From contig CAVTET010000012.1 in NCBI GenBank assembly GCA_963733675.1, forward strand, positions 1 to 64,000: DNA of 64,000 nt, in the 5' to 3' direction. This DNA comes from an uncultured Methanosarcinaceae archaeon (GTDB lineage: Archaea; Halobacteriota; Methanosarcinia; Methanosarcinales; Methanosarcinaceae). The translations under genes were made by a program, and so were the position numbers. The notes under the pieces were generated by a model that was not told the DNA's origin, ran no database searches, and was given only the letters and a program-made list of their open reading frames with translations. The first letter of the stretch is position 1, and each line of letters begins with the position of its first letter. Positions 12,099-22,805 of the stretch are shown piece after piece.

Positions 12099-13262
12099 TT
12101 AAACGTTACAGCTGTCTTTAACTGCATTTATAAGGGCATTTAAAATTGCAGGATCAACTTTTTGAAGTTGCAAAACAAGTTCTGAAACTGTAGTTTTTTC
12201 GTTTTCGATGATTTTGCTGGATTCTATCGTTAACGGTAAGCCACATCTAAAACAAAATTGTGCTTTTTTGTCTATAATTTCTTTGCACCGGGGACATTTT
12301 AAAATTCTGGGCTTCTCTTCTTCTTCTTCAGGTAATTTGAGACCTGAAGCTTCAAGCATTGCTGCATTAATATCGTTCGCTGATAGATGAATGTAAATAT
12401 TAGCCATCTGAGAGTCAGGTTTCCATCCTAAAACAGCTTTAAGTTTTTGTTCGCTTTTCAGTTTCTTAGCCAAATCTGTAGCTCTTGCATGTCTAAATGA
12501 ATGAGGATTGATTCTTTTCTTGATTCCTGCTGCCTTTCCTATGATCGCAATTTGCTGGTATAAACCTGATCGAGATATCAAATTATAAGGCTCCCGGAAT
12601 GAACAAAAAATCGGAGCATCAGGGTCTTCTTTCCTAGGATGAATTTCCAGCCATTGGCGAAGGTAAGAAGACGCAAAAATCAATCTCGCGGGTCTAGCAC
12701 CTGTTTTTCCTTCACGAAGCCATAAAAGGCATCCATATTCGTCGAACTTTGCATCTGCAATGGTTGTACTTAATAATTCCCCCTTCCTTGCTCCAGAGTC
12801 TGTTAAACAAGCTATTAATGCTTTATCCCTTGCTGTGGGAGCATGGCGGATTAAATAATCAATTTCTTCATCTGTTAGAAGTTGATCTGGTGTTATACTG
12901 CTATGTTGTGTGTTTTTCGTTTTGATGCATCCTGCGAGCTTTGGGTTAATTTTTCCTATGAATACCCTGATGACAATCTTGTGAAGCTTGAGTGTTGAAT
13001 TTTTCAGGGTCTCCAAAGTGTCCAAATAGTCATTAAAGTCCTCCTCTGTAACTTTTTCATATGATTTTTTCAACCACTTTGAGAAGCGTATTAGGATCAT
13101 CAGATGATTAATTATCGTCCTGTTTTTCTGTTCTTCATCTTGCAACCTTTTGATGTGATTTCTGAGAGTTTTGAAATTCTCCGGTAATATTTCGGCTTCT
13201 GCAATTTTTAGTCGACCGTTCCAATAAGCTAGGTCAAGGATATCTTCTTGAAACATGATCAT
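12099..13262 (-). CDS. Tyrosine recombinase/integrase with C-terminal Zn ribbon
   Basis: Catalytic set GARKGEL (R), KTG (K), HSFRH, LGW and IYIHL (Y), followed by CPRC...CFRCG; intact. Confidence 0.93.
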   Translation of the reverse strand: MIMFQEDILDLAYWNGRLKIAEAEILPENFKTLRNHIKRLQDEEQKNRTIINHLMILIRFSKWLKKSYEKVTEEDFNDYLDTLETLKNSTLKLHKIVIRVFIGKINPKLAGCIKTKNTQHSSITPDQLLTDEEIDYLIRHAPTARDKALIACLTDSGARKGELLSTTIADAKFDEYGCLLWLREGKTGARPARLIFASSYLRQWLEIHPRKEDPDAPIFCSFREPYNLISRSGLYQQIAIIGKAAGIKKRINPHSFRHARATDLAKKLKSEQKLKAVLGWKPDSQMANIYIHLSANDINAAMLEASGLKLPEEEEEKPRILKCPRCKEIIDKKAQFCFRCGLPLTIESSKIIENEKTTVSELVLQLQKVDPAILNALINAVKDSCNV

Positions 13263-13423
13263 AATTATGCATCTTCTATATAAAAATAGTTTCCTTATTT
13301 TAAGTAGACTATATAGTAAAGCTTTCCTACTTTTATCTCTTGAAAGGTAGTCGTGAATATGTTTTTGTTTAAATATGCAAAACTTTTAATTTATGAAAGA
13401 AAAGAGTAAAAAGAGGTATCTAA

Positions 13424-14361
13424 CTGAAAGAGAATCAAGCTAGTTTTACTGCACTGTCGGTAGCCTACATTCGTGCCTATCACTCCATACATGCTAAAGA
13501 CAAAATCTTTGATGATTTTCTAGCATATGATTTGATACCTGAGGAAAAACGAGCGCTAATTGAACAACATTTAATTGAACAAAATGTGACCTTAAATCAA
13601 CAGTTAAATCATTCTGAGTATGCTGCATCGCGCTCCGATCAAACAATTACTTCAAAGTCATTAATGCAAGCAACCCACAAATATGCTGGCCTTTTCAGCA
13701 GCCGTGCGAGGTATGCGGAAGATGCCCTTGAAAAAGACGTAAGGAAAGGAGTAAAGCAGTATGTGATTCTCGGGGCAGGAATGGATACCTTTGCATTCAG
13801 GCAACCTAAAATGATGGAACATTTGGAGATATTTGAAGTTACCATCCCGCAACACAAAAATTTAAGCTTCGTCGACTTGCTGAGTTGGAATGGGAGCATC
13901 CTGCAAAATTACATTTTATTCCTATAGATTTCACGAAGGAAAGTCTGATGACAGCGCTAACTAACTCATCATCTTATGACCCAAAAGTTAAAACTTTCTT
14001 TAATTGGCTTTGTGTCACTTACTTCTTGACCAGAGATGAAGTAATCACAACACTGCGTTCCATCACGAAAATTGCTCCTGCAAATAACACGATTGTCTTT
14101 GATTATCTTGATACTGATGCATTTATTCCTGAGAAATCGTCTCCACAAATGCAAAAATCATTGGAATATTTGAGAATGATAGGTGAACCTATGATAACGG
14201 GCTTCAACCCGTCAACGTTAGGAGACGAACTCACATGTTTAGGATTTGATCTCCAAGAGAATTTGAGCCCAGCGGAGATCGAAGAACGATATTTCAAAGG
14301 ACGCACTGATGGATATCATGCATATGAGTATGGGCACTTTGCACGTGCAGTTGTCAAATAA
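13424..14361 (+). pseudogene. Class I SAM-dependent methyltransferase (leucine carboxyl methyltransferase-like)
   Basis: TALSVAYIRAYH N-terminus (CTG at the expected start after GAGG) and QYVILGAGMDTFAFR; a 1-nt deletion at ~13840 destroys EVDHP. Confidence 0.85.
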
Positions 14362-14727
14362 TCAGGCATATGATATGTTTGTCTGCCTAGTAACAGCAAA
14401 TTTTGTCATTAATTCTTTACTTTTCTACGAATAATACTTTAAGCAGTATCATTCCACTTTTCCTAATCTTTAATTAGTTATATATAAAAAATATATATAT
14501 CATATTGAAAATTATTATTTCATTGTCTAGAGAAAAAAATAATGAAAAACGAGTTGATAAATATTAAACTTCACGAAATAATTAAAAAATTAAAAATATA
14601 CACAACTTTGAATACAGTGAAGAATTTTTTCAACTTGAAAAATTGATATTTGGCATAAATAACGCTTTTTGGTGTTTCTAATTTTAATCGAGTACAAATG
14701 AAATTAATATACACAAATATCTCATTT

Positions 14728-15357
14728 TTACTTTCCAGCGATTTTTTTTGCAACTTGGGCTACATGTCTACCCTGATAGCGGGCCATTGCAAGCTCGTTT
14801 TCTGAAGGCTGACGGCTTCCATCTCCACCTGCGATTGTTGAAACTCCATATGGGCTACCGCCTGTTATTTCATCCATTCTAGTCTGTCGCTTTTCGGCAT
14901 AAGGAAGCCCAACAATAATCATCCCAAGATGGAGCAGGCTAACATGAAATGTTAGTATTGTGGATTCTTGGCCTCCATGCTGCGTTCCACTTGAAGTGAA
15001 GACGCTTCCTACCTTCCCTACGAAAGCATCTCTACTCCATAGCTCGCCTAAACCATCAAGGACTGTGCGCATCTCAGCAGTCATCATTCCATATCGTGTA
15101 GGTGTTCCAAATATTAATGCATCTGCTCCAGCCAGTAAATCCTCATACTTGTCCCTTGTCAGCACAGGTATATGTGCAAAAAGCTTTTTTGTTTCGATTG
15201 CTCTCATTTTCTCCATAACATTGTTAGGTAGAGTCTCAGGGACTTGATAAATTCCTACCTTTGCTCCTTCTACTTCTCTTGCCCCTTCAGCTATAGCCTC
15301 TGCCATCCTGTAAATGTGGCCATAAATACTGTGAAATATCACGTTTACCTTAATCAT
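14728..15357 (-). CDS. wrbA: NAD(P)H:quinone oxidoreductase WrbA
   Basis: SIYGHI, GTPTRYG, FTSSGTQHGGQEST and GGSPYG motifs. Confidence 0.95.
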   Translation of the reverse strand: MIKVNVIFHSIYGHIYRMAEAIAEGAREVEGAKVGIYQVPETLPNNVMEKMRAIETKKLFAHIPVLTRDKYEDLLAGADALIFGTPTRYGMMTAEMRTVLDGLGELWSRDAFVGKVGSVFTSSGTQHGGQESTILTFHVSLLHLGMIIVGLPYAEKRQTRMDEITGGSPYGVSTIAGGDGSRQPSENELAMARYQGRHVAQVAKKIAGK

Positions 15358-15967
15358 CCAATACCTCTTTAAAATTAATTTAGATACTATAATCTTCTAT
15401 TTATAATTAAATATCGCTTTTAGATCATCCTACTTTAGGTATGTTCTTGATATACTCTATGAATCCAATAAGTGACATAAGCTCCACGAGTTATCGATCA
15501 ACGATGTTTTTATTTTGTATGGGTCTATAAAAATATTGTCAACAGTCCTAAATAAATACTGATTTCAAACCACTGTTAATATCTATTTACAAAATGTTAG
15601 CTGAAGCAAAAAGATGGGTTTTGATATAAAAGTGATTTAATTTAATACAAATGATGCCTAATATAAACCATCAAAACTTTTTATAGTTGTAATGTGGTGC
15701 AAATAAGTCAAGAAGACAAAAAAATTTAGCTCCAAAATATGTGTATTATTACCCTCACCACAAACTTAAGAGTGTAGAGAAATCATATTCATTTGATTCT
15801 AAATAAACTTATTCTCAATATAACTAAGTAATATCTGCAGAGTTTGTTTCTAATTACCCATATCCAAATTTCAAACAGATAATTTTAAGCCAAGTTATTG
15901 ATATGTCAGATTGATTTTCAACATTACTTTACATCTACCTGTTCTGTCATCAGGATTATCGGGCTTC

Positions 15968-16290
15968 ATGAAATGATTAAAGCAGTCGCTGATGCCATGT
16001 TATAGTCCACACGGTTAGTTGGTATGAATTAAACATTCAATATTTGTGGACCTTATGGCTAACTGGTCGAAACCTGGTATTATCCCTAAAAAAATCGTTT
16101 TTGCAGAGAAGAGCAAAAATGAATTATTGCTGGTGATGTGTATGATGATAAGCTCTTAAAAGCAATGTCATACTGTTTGTGGAAGATGACCTCGTCGACG
16201 AAGTAATAAAATTCATTTTTAGATATACAAAGTGGTGAATTATGGACGCAGAAATGATCCTAATAGACCCATTGAGGGAGAGGGACCCTA
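15968..16290 (+). pseudogene. Relic of a NifI1-type PII nitrogenase regulator
   Basis: Scattered fragments MIKAV, GYYP, EEQK*IIAGDVYDDKL and LFVEDDLVDEVIK resemble the NifI1 pattern GRGKQKGITVGDVHYDEL...VEDEAVDKVIK. Confidence 0.55.
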
Positions 16291-16373
16291 CTTGTCAATT
16301 ATACTATGAGATCTATATTAGATAATAACGATTGAATATAAATTTACAACCTAAATTAATAAGGATGGAAATT

Positions 16374-17201
16374 ATGAGAAAAGAATTACTTCTTCTGTTA
16401 GCTTTGTTCAGTGTATTCCTTGCAATAGGATGCGTTGGTGATAAAGGTGAATCTCCAAATACAACAGAAGTTCCAGTTACAGCAGTAAATTCAGCTATAG
16501 CTGTATCTGAAACCATAACAGTTTCTGGAGCTGCCAGCCTTACGGAAGCTTTCACGAACATTGCTTCCAAGTTTGAAAAGGAGAATCCTGGAACGAATGT
16601 AAATCTCAACTTTGGAAGTTCAGGTAACCTACGCATGCAAGTAGAGGGAAGAGCTCCTGTAGATGTTTTTGCCTCAGCTGATGAGAATCAAATGAGTATA
16701 CTGAGCAATAAATCACTTATTGTAAACAGTTCACGAAAAGACTTTGCTCACAATTCACTTGTGCTTATTGTCCCTAAAAGCAGTACTCTTAATATAACGA
16801 ACATAACAGATCTAGCCAACCCTAATGTTCAAAAAATAAGCATTGGAAACCCTGGTACTGTTCCAGTAGGTAAATACTCGCTCCTTGCACTGAATAAGGT
16901 TGGTTTATGGAGTCAGCTAAAAAATAAAGCTGTACTAGCTGAAGATGTCAAACAAGCACTTGTATACGTGGAAAGGGGAGATGTGGATGCCGGTTTTGTA
17001 TATATAACCGATGCAAAGACTGCACAACCTGGGACTATAAAAATAGTCACCGTTGTGCCTGTTAGTACCTCTATCGACTATCCAATAGCTGTAGTTTCTT
17101 CTTCTACGCACAAAGAAAAAGCTCAGAAGTTCATTGATTTCGTGACTGAGAAAGAAGGACAAGACATACTTAATACATATGGTTTTGTTCTTCAATCTTG
17201 A
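16374..17201 (+). CDS. modA: Molybdate ABC transporter substrate-binding lipoprotein
   Basis: Lipobox LAIGC; VSGAASL, FGSSGNL, DVFASA, NPGTVPVGKY, DAGFVYITDA and YPIA motifs. Start codon is uncertain (16365 or 16374). Confidence 0.93.
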   Translation: MRKELLLLLALFSVFLAIGCVGDKGESPNTTEVPVTAVNSAIAVSETITVSGAASLTEAFTNIASKFEKENPGTNVNLNFGSSGNLRMQVEGRAPVDVFASADENQMSILSNKSLIVNSSRKDFAHNSLVLIVPKSSTLNITNITDLANPNVQKISIGNPGTVPVGKYSLLALNKVGLWSQLKNKAVLAEDVKQALVYVERGDVDAGFVYITDAKTAQPGTIKIVTVVPVSTSIDYPIAVVSSSTHKEKAQKFIDFVTEKEGQDILNTYGFVLQS

Positions 17202-17389
17202 TAAAATATGAGACTTACGCATCTGAGAATCAAAATTTAGCATAGCAAGTATCATAGTTTAAATTGTAATTCAGTTAGTTAAAGATTTTTATGCTAACGA
17301 TTCTCGATTCAATTGCGGAAGTCTTAACTCCTTTTATCACAAGACTTTGAACTCGAGTTATAGTTAGGATTAGGACGGAGATAAAATAA

Positions 17390-17704
17390 ATGAAAGTTCC
17401 GGTCGTTTCAAGTGATGGAAAGGCTGTCAATCGGTATTTTGGACACGCATCTCGCTTTTTGATATTTGAGGTTGATGGCGATGAAATACAATTCATAGAA
17501 GTTAGAGAGATTACACCTTTATGTGGCTCGGCAGATTACGAAAGTAAAGATGACGTTTTGTTCAGGATAATTTCTTTGATTAAAGACTGTGAAGCTGTGC
17601 TCTGTGCAAGAATCGGAAGAAAACCAAGAGAAGAATTAAGAAAAAATGGAATCAACCCAATAGAGGCTCCATATTTGATTCATGAAGCTTTAAAAAGTAT
17701 TTGA
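17390..17704 (+). CDS. NifX/NifB-family cofactor-binding protein
   Basis: VSSDGKAVNRYFGHASRFLIFEV...DCEAVLCARIG signature; GGAG RBS. Confidence 0.88.
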   Translation: MKVPVVSSDGKAVNRYFGHASRFLIFEVDGDEIQFIEVREITPLCGSADYESKDDVLFRIISLIKDCEAVLCARIGRKPREELRKNGINPIEAPYLIHEALKSI

Positions 17705-17952
17705 CTTATGAAATTTAATCGAAAAACGGTAATAAAGCACTTAATTGTATAAATCTCAATAATTTATTGAGTAGATAAATCTCATACCTGAAGAACTCAA
17801 CTATATACAGTGGAAAAAAATTTGAATTATAGTTTACAGCAAATTCATGACATACCAGCCTTCCACATAGCTATTTTCCCCAATAGTTTAAAGTGGATAC
17901 CATAATTAGTAGAATATTAATTCAAAAATTTATTAAATGGAATGAACACCAC

Positions 17953-18655
17953 ATGAAAATCCATTACATCCAGCATGTTGAATTTGAAACTATTGGAACT
18001 ATTGCTCAATGGAGCGAAAAAAAAGGACACTCTTTATCGAGTACACATTTAACGCAGATGAAAGCTTTCCCAATCTGAATAACTTCGATCTTCTTATAAT
18101 AATGGGTGGACCGATGAATATTTACGAATATGAAAAATATCCATGGCTGATAGGAAAAAAAAGTTTATCGAAGAAACGATCTCTGCAGGAAAAGCAGTGC
18201 TTGGGATCTGCCTTGGAGCTCAGCTTGTTGCTGATGTCCTAAAAGCTGAGGTATTTAAAAACAATTATACGGAAATTGGATGGTTTCCAGTGTTTACACT
18301 CAAACAAGCAAGGTCCAATGTTTCCTTTTTGGAAAATATTCCTGAAAAATTTACTGCTTTTCACTGGCATGGAGACATTTTTAATTTGCCTGGAGACGCA
18401 AAGAGACTTTTTTTAAGTGAAGCCTGTAACAATCAGGGATTTATTTATAATAATAAAGTAATTGGGCTCCAATTTCATCTGGAAATGAGCAACGAAACAA
18501 TAGGAAAAGAGATTGAAAATTGCAGTGGTGAACTGGTAGATGGAAAATATATCCAGAACGATAAAGAAGTGCTAAGTAAAGACACATTCCTTGCTGACTC
18601 AAGGCTATTAATGTTCAAATTACTAGATAATTTAGAAAAAATGATTGTACCCTAA
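17953..18655 (+). pseudogene. Type 1 glutamine amidotransferase
   Basis: MKIHYIQHVEFE, IIMGGPM, LGICLGAQL, HWHGD and QFHLE split over three frames (indels at ~18050 and ~18155). Confidence 0.87.
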
Positions 18656-18759
18656 AAAGGATACTCAGTGTTTGGCTAGGGAGATAAAATTTAATAAAAG
18701 TTATTTCCAGATATACAAACTGGTGAATTCCATAGAATATAGAGAAAAGGTGCTCTTTG

Positions 18760-19281
18760 ATGGATCAGATTCGCTATGCTAAGAGAAATTGCACAGATAG
18801 GAAGAAAATCGAAACGTTTCTTTTACGTGTAAGAACCGGCGTACTTGGAATGACAAGTGATATTTTCCCATACGCTGTTCCGGTGAATTATGTGTGGTAC
18901 AACGATTCTGTTTACTTTCATGGTATGGGTTCGGGTAAAAAGGAAAATATTCTTTCTCAAAATCCGTCCGTTTGTTTCACAATATATGAGGAACATGGTA
19001 CTGTGATCGACCCTGTGCCTTGTCACGCAGATACGGCATACATGAGCGTAATGCTTTTTGGAAAGGCTGAAAAGGTGACTGATCCCGAAGAAGTCACTGT
19101 GACTCTCCAAAAATTGGTTGAGAAATATATGCCAAATTATTACAGTAATCCTTTAACTAGCACTTTGATTGAGAAATATCGATCTTCACTTGATGGGAAT
19201 GCAGTTTCAATTTTTCGGATAACGCCACAGGAAATGACAGCTAAAGAAAACTCAGTGGAATCTGACAAACTGTTAATATAA
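18760..19281 (+). CDS. Pyridoxamine 5'-phosphate oxidase-like flavoprotein (NimA / Anf3-like)
   Basis: PYAVPVNYVW, YFHGMGSGKK, VCFTI and YMSVMLFGKA split-barrel motifs. The anf neighbourhood suggests an Anf3 homolog. Confidence 0.85.
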   Translation: MDQIRYAKRNCTDRKKIETFLLRVRTGVLGMTSDIFPYAVPVNYVWYNDSVYFHGMGSGKKENILSQNPSVCFTIYEEHGTVIDPVPCHADTAYMSVMLFGKAEKVTDPEEVTVTLQKLVEKYMPNYYSNPLTSTLIEKYRSSLDGNAVSIFRITPQEMTAKENSVESDKLLI

Positions 19282-19665
19282 TGTACTTGGAAAGTCTAAA
19301 ATGAAAGAACGAGTTTTTAATCATTTTTCTGTGTTTTGTCTTAAAATACAGCTTTTATCCATTAACCAGCGGACAGTGACTTGCAATAAATTGCTTATAT
19401 TAAACCATGAGCCCCAGAAGCAGTCTTTAAAGCATGAGGTATCTCTCTTTCGTCCTTGAACTCCTATCTTGTAAAGCAGGCATATTTGCCAAATACATGC
19501 AGGCAAATATCATAGCTCATGTATACATCCTTTTTTCGGCTTAATATAAATATAGCTCCAAAGATAATTGCTAAAATCAAAGATCTAAAACCTTTTAATC
19601 AATTTTCCGCACTCAAGGCCATAAATTCTACATTATAACATCAGCAGTAACATTCGTCACAAGTA

Positions 19666-20591
19666 TTAATGGCAATTTTTTACGACAAAATCATCAATTC
19701 TGAAAGAGCATTCTGAAATTTTGTATTCTGCATCCGACTTCTCACTTTTTCGTTTGCCGAAACAAACACATACTCCGGAGAAACTGATCTTCATTGGTAC
19801 AACTGCTAGCTTGTCGTCAAAATAATAGCTTTTCTTAAATGAAGGTTTATGGATGATTTCTTTACCGTCACGACAAAATACTGTTATCTGCACCACGGAA
19901 GTGAGAAGAGATTTCACGCTTCCATCTTCTGAGAAAACAAGAGAATTGCTTTCACCATCAATGCCTAGAGCATCAGGGTCAAAAGCAAATATAATACCTA
20001 TTGCGTATTAACGCCCAAAATGCCACATGGCTCGACTGATTTTATTCTTCCATCCGGGTATAGGCAGAACCCAATGCGCGTCTGAATTTTGCCAGCATGT
20101 GTTTTTATGATAATTGTATCTTTGGGCCATAGTATAATGCTTTTAAGTTCTCCGGTTTCATATAGTGTTATGTTTATAACCTTACCTTTAAAGACATCAA
20201 ACGGCAGATTGATCTGTAATTCCGGAGAAATATTATATTCATCCTCTTCCGTCCAAAAGGCGCTGATGCTCCCGAATACAGGGAAAATACGCTTTACTGC
20301 TCCGCTTTCATAAAAAGTGATCATTTCCGCTGGAACGCTTCCAAGCCTTGTATTTACACTCAAAGAATCCTGCAAAACCATACTTGCGATATTCCCATTT
20401 TCATAAAAGGTCATTGATTTCATGAGCTTTTTCTTTTTCCATCATCCTTGTATTGCGGGATAAAGATGCCACAAGGAATGTCTATAGTATTTTTTTTGAA
20501 TTAGAATGCAGCGTTTGAGCCTTCCGTTTTCATGGTATTCTGCGAAAGCAATACCCTTTAAAACACCATAATTTGTACTTGCTGTTTCCAA
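19666..20591 (-). pseudogene. MORN-like repeat protein of nitrogenase clusters, frameshifted
   Basis: TTG start just after anfO (METASTNYGVLKGI..EYHENGRLK), repeated FYENGNIAS / FYESGAVKR / LYETGELKS / YPDGRIKS units, and several indels. Confidence 0.65.
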
Positions 20592-20605
20592 ATAATCGAC
20601 GCCTT

Positions 20606-21235
20606 TCACAGAGTTTGCACATGCACTATTTTAACGGTCTTTTCATTTGGCAATGAATTCACAGTTTCATACTCAAACCCTAAGACGCTTAAATCTTTAG
20701 TAAACCACTTTGGAATATGACTGCAAATGACATCCAGCCGGTTGAATTCTCCATTTTTCAGATATGGTAACAGAATTTTCTTTGAAGTTAGCTGCGGATT
20801 CTTTGAAAGAATTTTTTCCATATTAATACAAAAATCACCTTTATTCATACCAGGTTCCAAAAATTGCATGATGTCAAATTTGCTGGATTTATCTTGTTGC
20901 TCCGCAATCATCTCAAGCATTTCTTTTTTGACTGAATCAAGAGCATCAAACCCATTTTTTTTCACAAGGAATATTTCAAAGCCTGATACTTCAAAAATGC
21001 CGAACGCTATCCCTGGAATTTCACTTGCAACCACTATTTTTACATTGCCAAGCTGCTTTATGGTATTTTGCACAGCCATGCGTACCTCAGCAATACTCTT
21101 CGCGTTGCAAACTTTATTTTCAAATTTGTTCAGGACTTTCCATTCTTCACCGTCTTCTTCATATGTTACAATGAATCCCGGCTCAAATATTGAACTCGTT
21201 TTTTGGTTGTTGCTTTCTACAACTGAAATTTTCAA
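20606..21235 (-). CDS. anfO: Fe-only nitrogenase accessory protein AnfO
   Basis: GGAGG RBS before TTG; KTSSIFEPG, LTSKKILLPYL and LDVICSHIPKW motifs; lies downstream of anfK. Confidence 0.88.
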   Translation of the reverse strand: MKISVVESNNQKTSSIFEPGFIVTYEEDGEEWKVLNKFENKVCNAKSIAEVRMAVQNTIKQLGNVKIVVASEIPGIAFGIFEVSGFEIFLVKKNGFDALDSVKKEMLEMIAEQQDKSSKFDIMQFLEPGMNKGDFCINMEKILSKNPQLTSKKILLPYLKNGEFNRLDVICSHIPKWFTKDLSVLGFEYETVNSLPNEKTVKIVHVQTL

Positions 21236-21552
21236 GATAAATCCTCCTTTCGTGTTGCAATTCATGACGATTTCAGGCTGTGATTTAAATTTTTTCTCGC
21301 CATGGGAACTATCTGTTCGATTCGCATAAGCTCCGTGGGATTAATTTCACCATCATAGGAATATATCGTTGAGACAGCCTGAATAGATCCCACTACTTAT
21401 ACCTGGGTACGCCAGAACAAATTTAATTTGAATCTTTTTTTGAGGGATTTTGCCAGAACATGATTACAAGTAGGAACTGGCAGAATCTAATAAAATTCCA
21501 GCTAAATCTTGCAACATTTGATTTCTCAGAATCCTCATTTATTGAATGTTCC

Positions 21553-22495
21553 TTACCATACATTCAGTAACCATTCCTTATTCCTCTTGTACTCCATGTC
21601 GGTGAACAGCGTGTTAGCCATCTGTTCCGCGAGCCACATAGCTCCGCATATCAGACGACCGGATGGCGGTACAGTCCCGCAAGGTCGAAGGTGGGAAAAC
21701 CTACGCGTATCAATTGGAATATTGTTGTCAATGGCGGTCCATCGCCCCTTAGAATGGTCCAGAATGAGATCGAGTCCAACTTCCTTGTTCTTGATCCGGT
21801 TTTCCAGTTCCCATAAATCTGCATTTATAATGATCTGCATGTCGAAATCGATTTTTCCTTAAATGCCTTGATACGTGGATCATTCTGATAGGCCTGGTTG
21901 TCGTCGCCGAAAAGCAGAATCATGGGCTTCATCTCCAGATCGAAACAAAATTCAGTCAAACCGATTACAAGATCTGGGGTTCCACATATAGCGACTCTCT
22001 TATCAGCAAAAAACATATGTATAAGATCTGTCAGCGCATCGATGGCAACTCCCCGTTCGCGAACAAGTGATTCAGGAATTGGTTTTCCAGTCATTTTTTT
22101 TATGTTCTGCAGGAAGGCATCCGTGTTGCGGATGCCAATGGGAGTAGGCCCTATAATCGCTGGAACGTTGAATTTTTTCCCAAAAATTCGGCATCTTTTC
22201 CACCTTCGTATTTGTTCAGGGCAATTGTTCCTAGTGCATCCGCTGTTTCGATCAACTCTTCGATTGTCGTGCTGTCGTGGGAAACTCCACTTTTGTCCGG
22301 CATCAGGGGGGAATCGAAACTTTCGATTTCGAAAAGGACTGTCGCATCCACATCCATTTCAGACAGAAGGTGCTTGAGCGCTGTTAAGTCTCCTGGATTG
22401 ACCCATCCAGTAATCAGATTGAGTTTCCCGTTGGGTTTATCTTTTTTCGCAAATGCACTTACTAAATCCTGCACTGCGACATCATATCCACTGAC
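21553..22495 (-). pseudogene. anfK: Fe-only nitrogenase beta subunit, 5'-truncated and frameshifted
   Basis: SGYDVAV, TGWVNPGD, LFEIESFDSP, GPTPIGIRNTD, ERGVAIDAL, NADLWELENRIK and AEQMANTLFTDMEYKRNKEWLLNVW match AnfK as recalled. At least 4 lesions; the N-terminal third is missing. Confidence 0.9.
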
Positions 22496-22805
22496 GGTTA
22501 AAAAAGCTTGTGAGAATGTTTGATAACATAATTCCTCGATATGGATAATTACATCTTGAGTTGGTTGCAAGTGCAGATTACTGAATGGAGATAGGAACCA
22601 ATATCCAAAAGCTAATTCTCGCTACTTACGCAATAGGGGTAGTTCTATATGCCCCTCGTAGGTTGGGCCTTAATTGTGGACAGTGGATTCCAGATATGGC
22701 ATGTGCAAGGTAGATTTTGCGATACAATGGAAAGCGCCAGTGGACCTCAAATCACCCGAAACTGTCCATGGCATATCCCTGAGTATCCACTTGAATAATC
22801 TGCCT

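Noticed and set aside
9500-13420. tRNA or att site for the integrase
   Set aside because: No tRNA-like sequence or convincing long direct repeat was found by eye.
16300-16332. Possible ModE-box-like site upstream of modA
   Set aside because: Only a partial match (..TAACGAT) in AT-rich DNA; not supportable.
20727-22523. Plus-strand ORFs of 100-200 aa
   Set aside because: Antisense to anfO and anfK; no motifs of their own.
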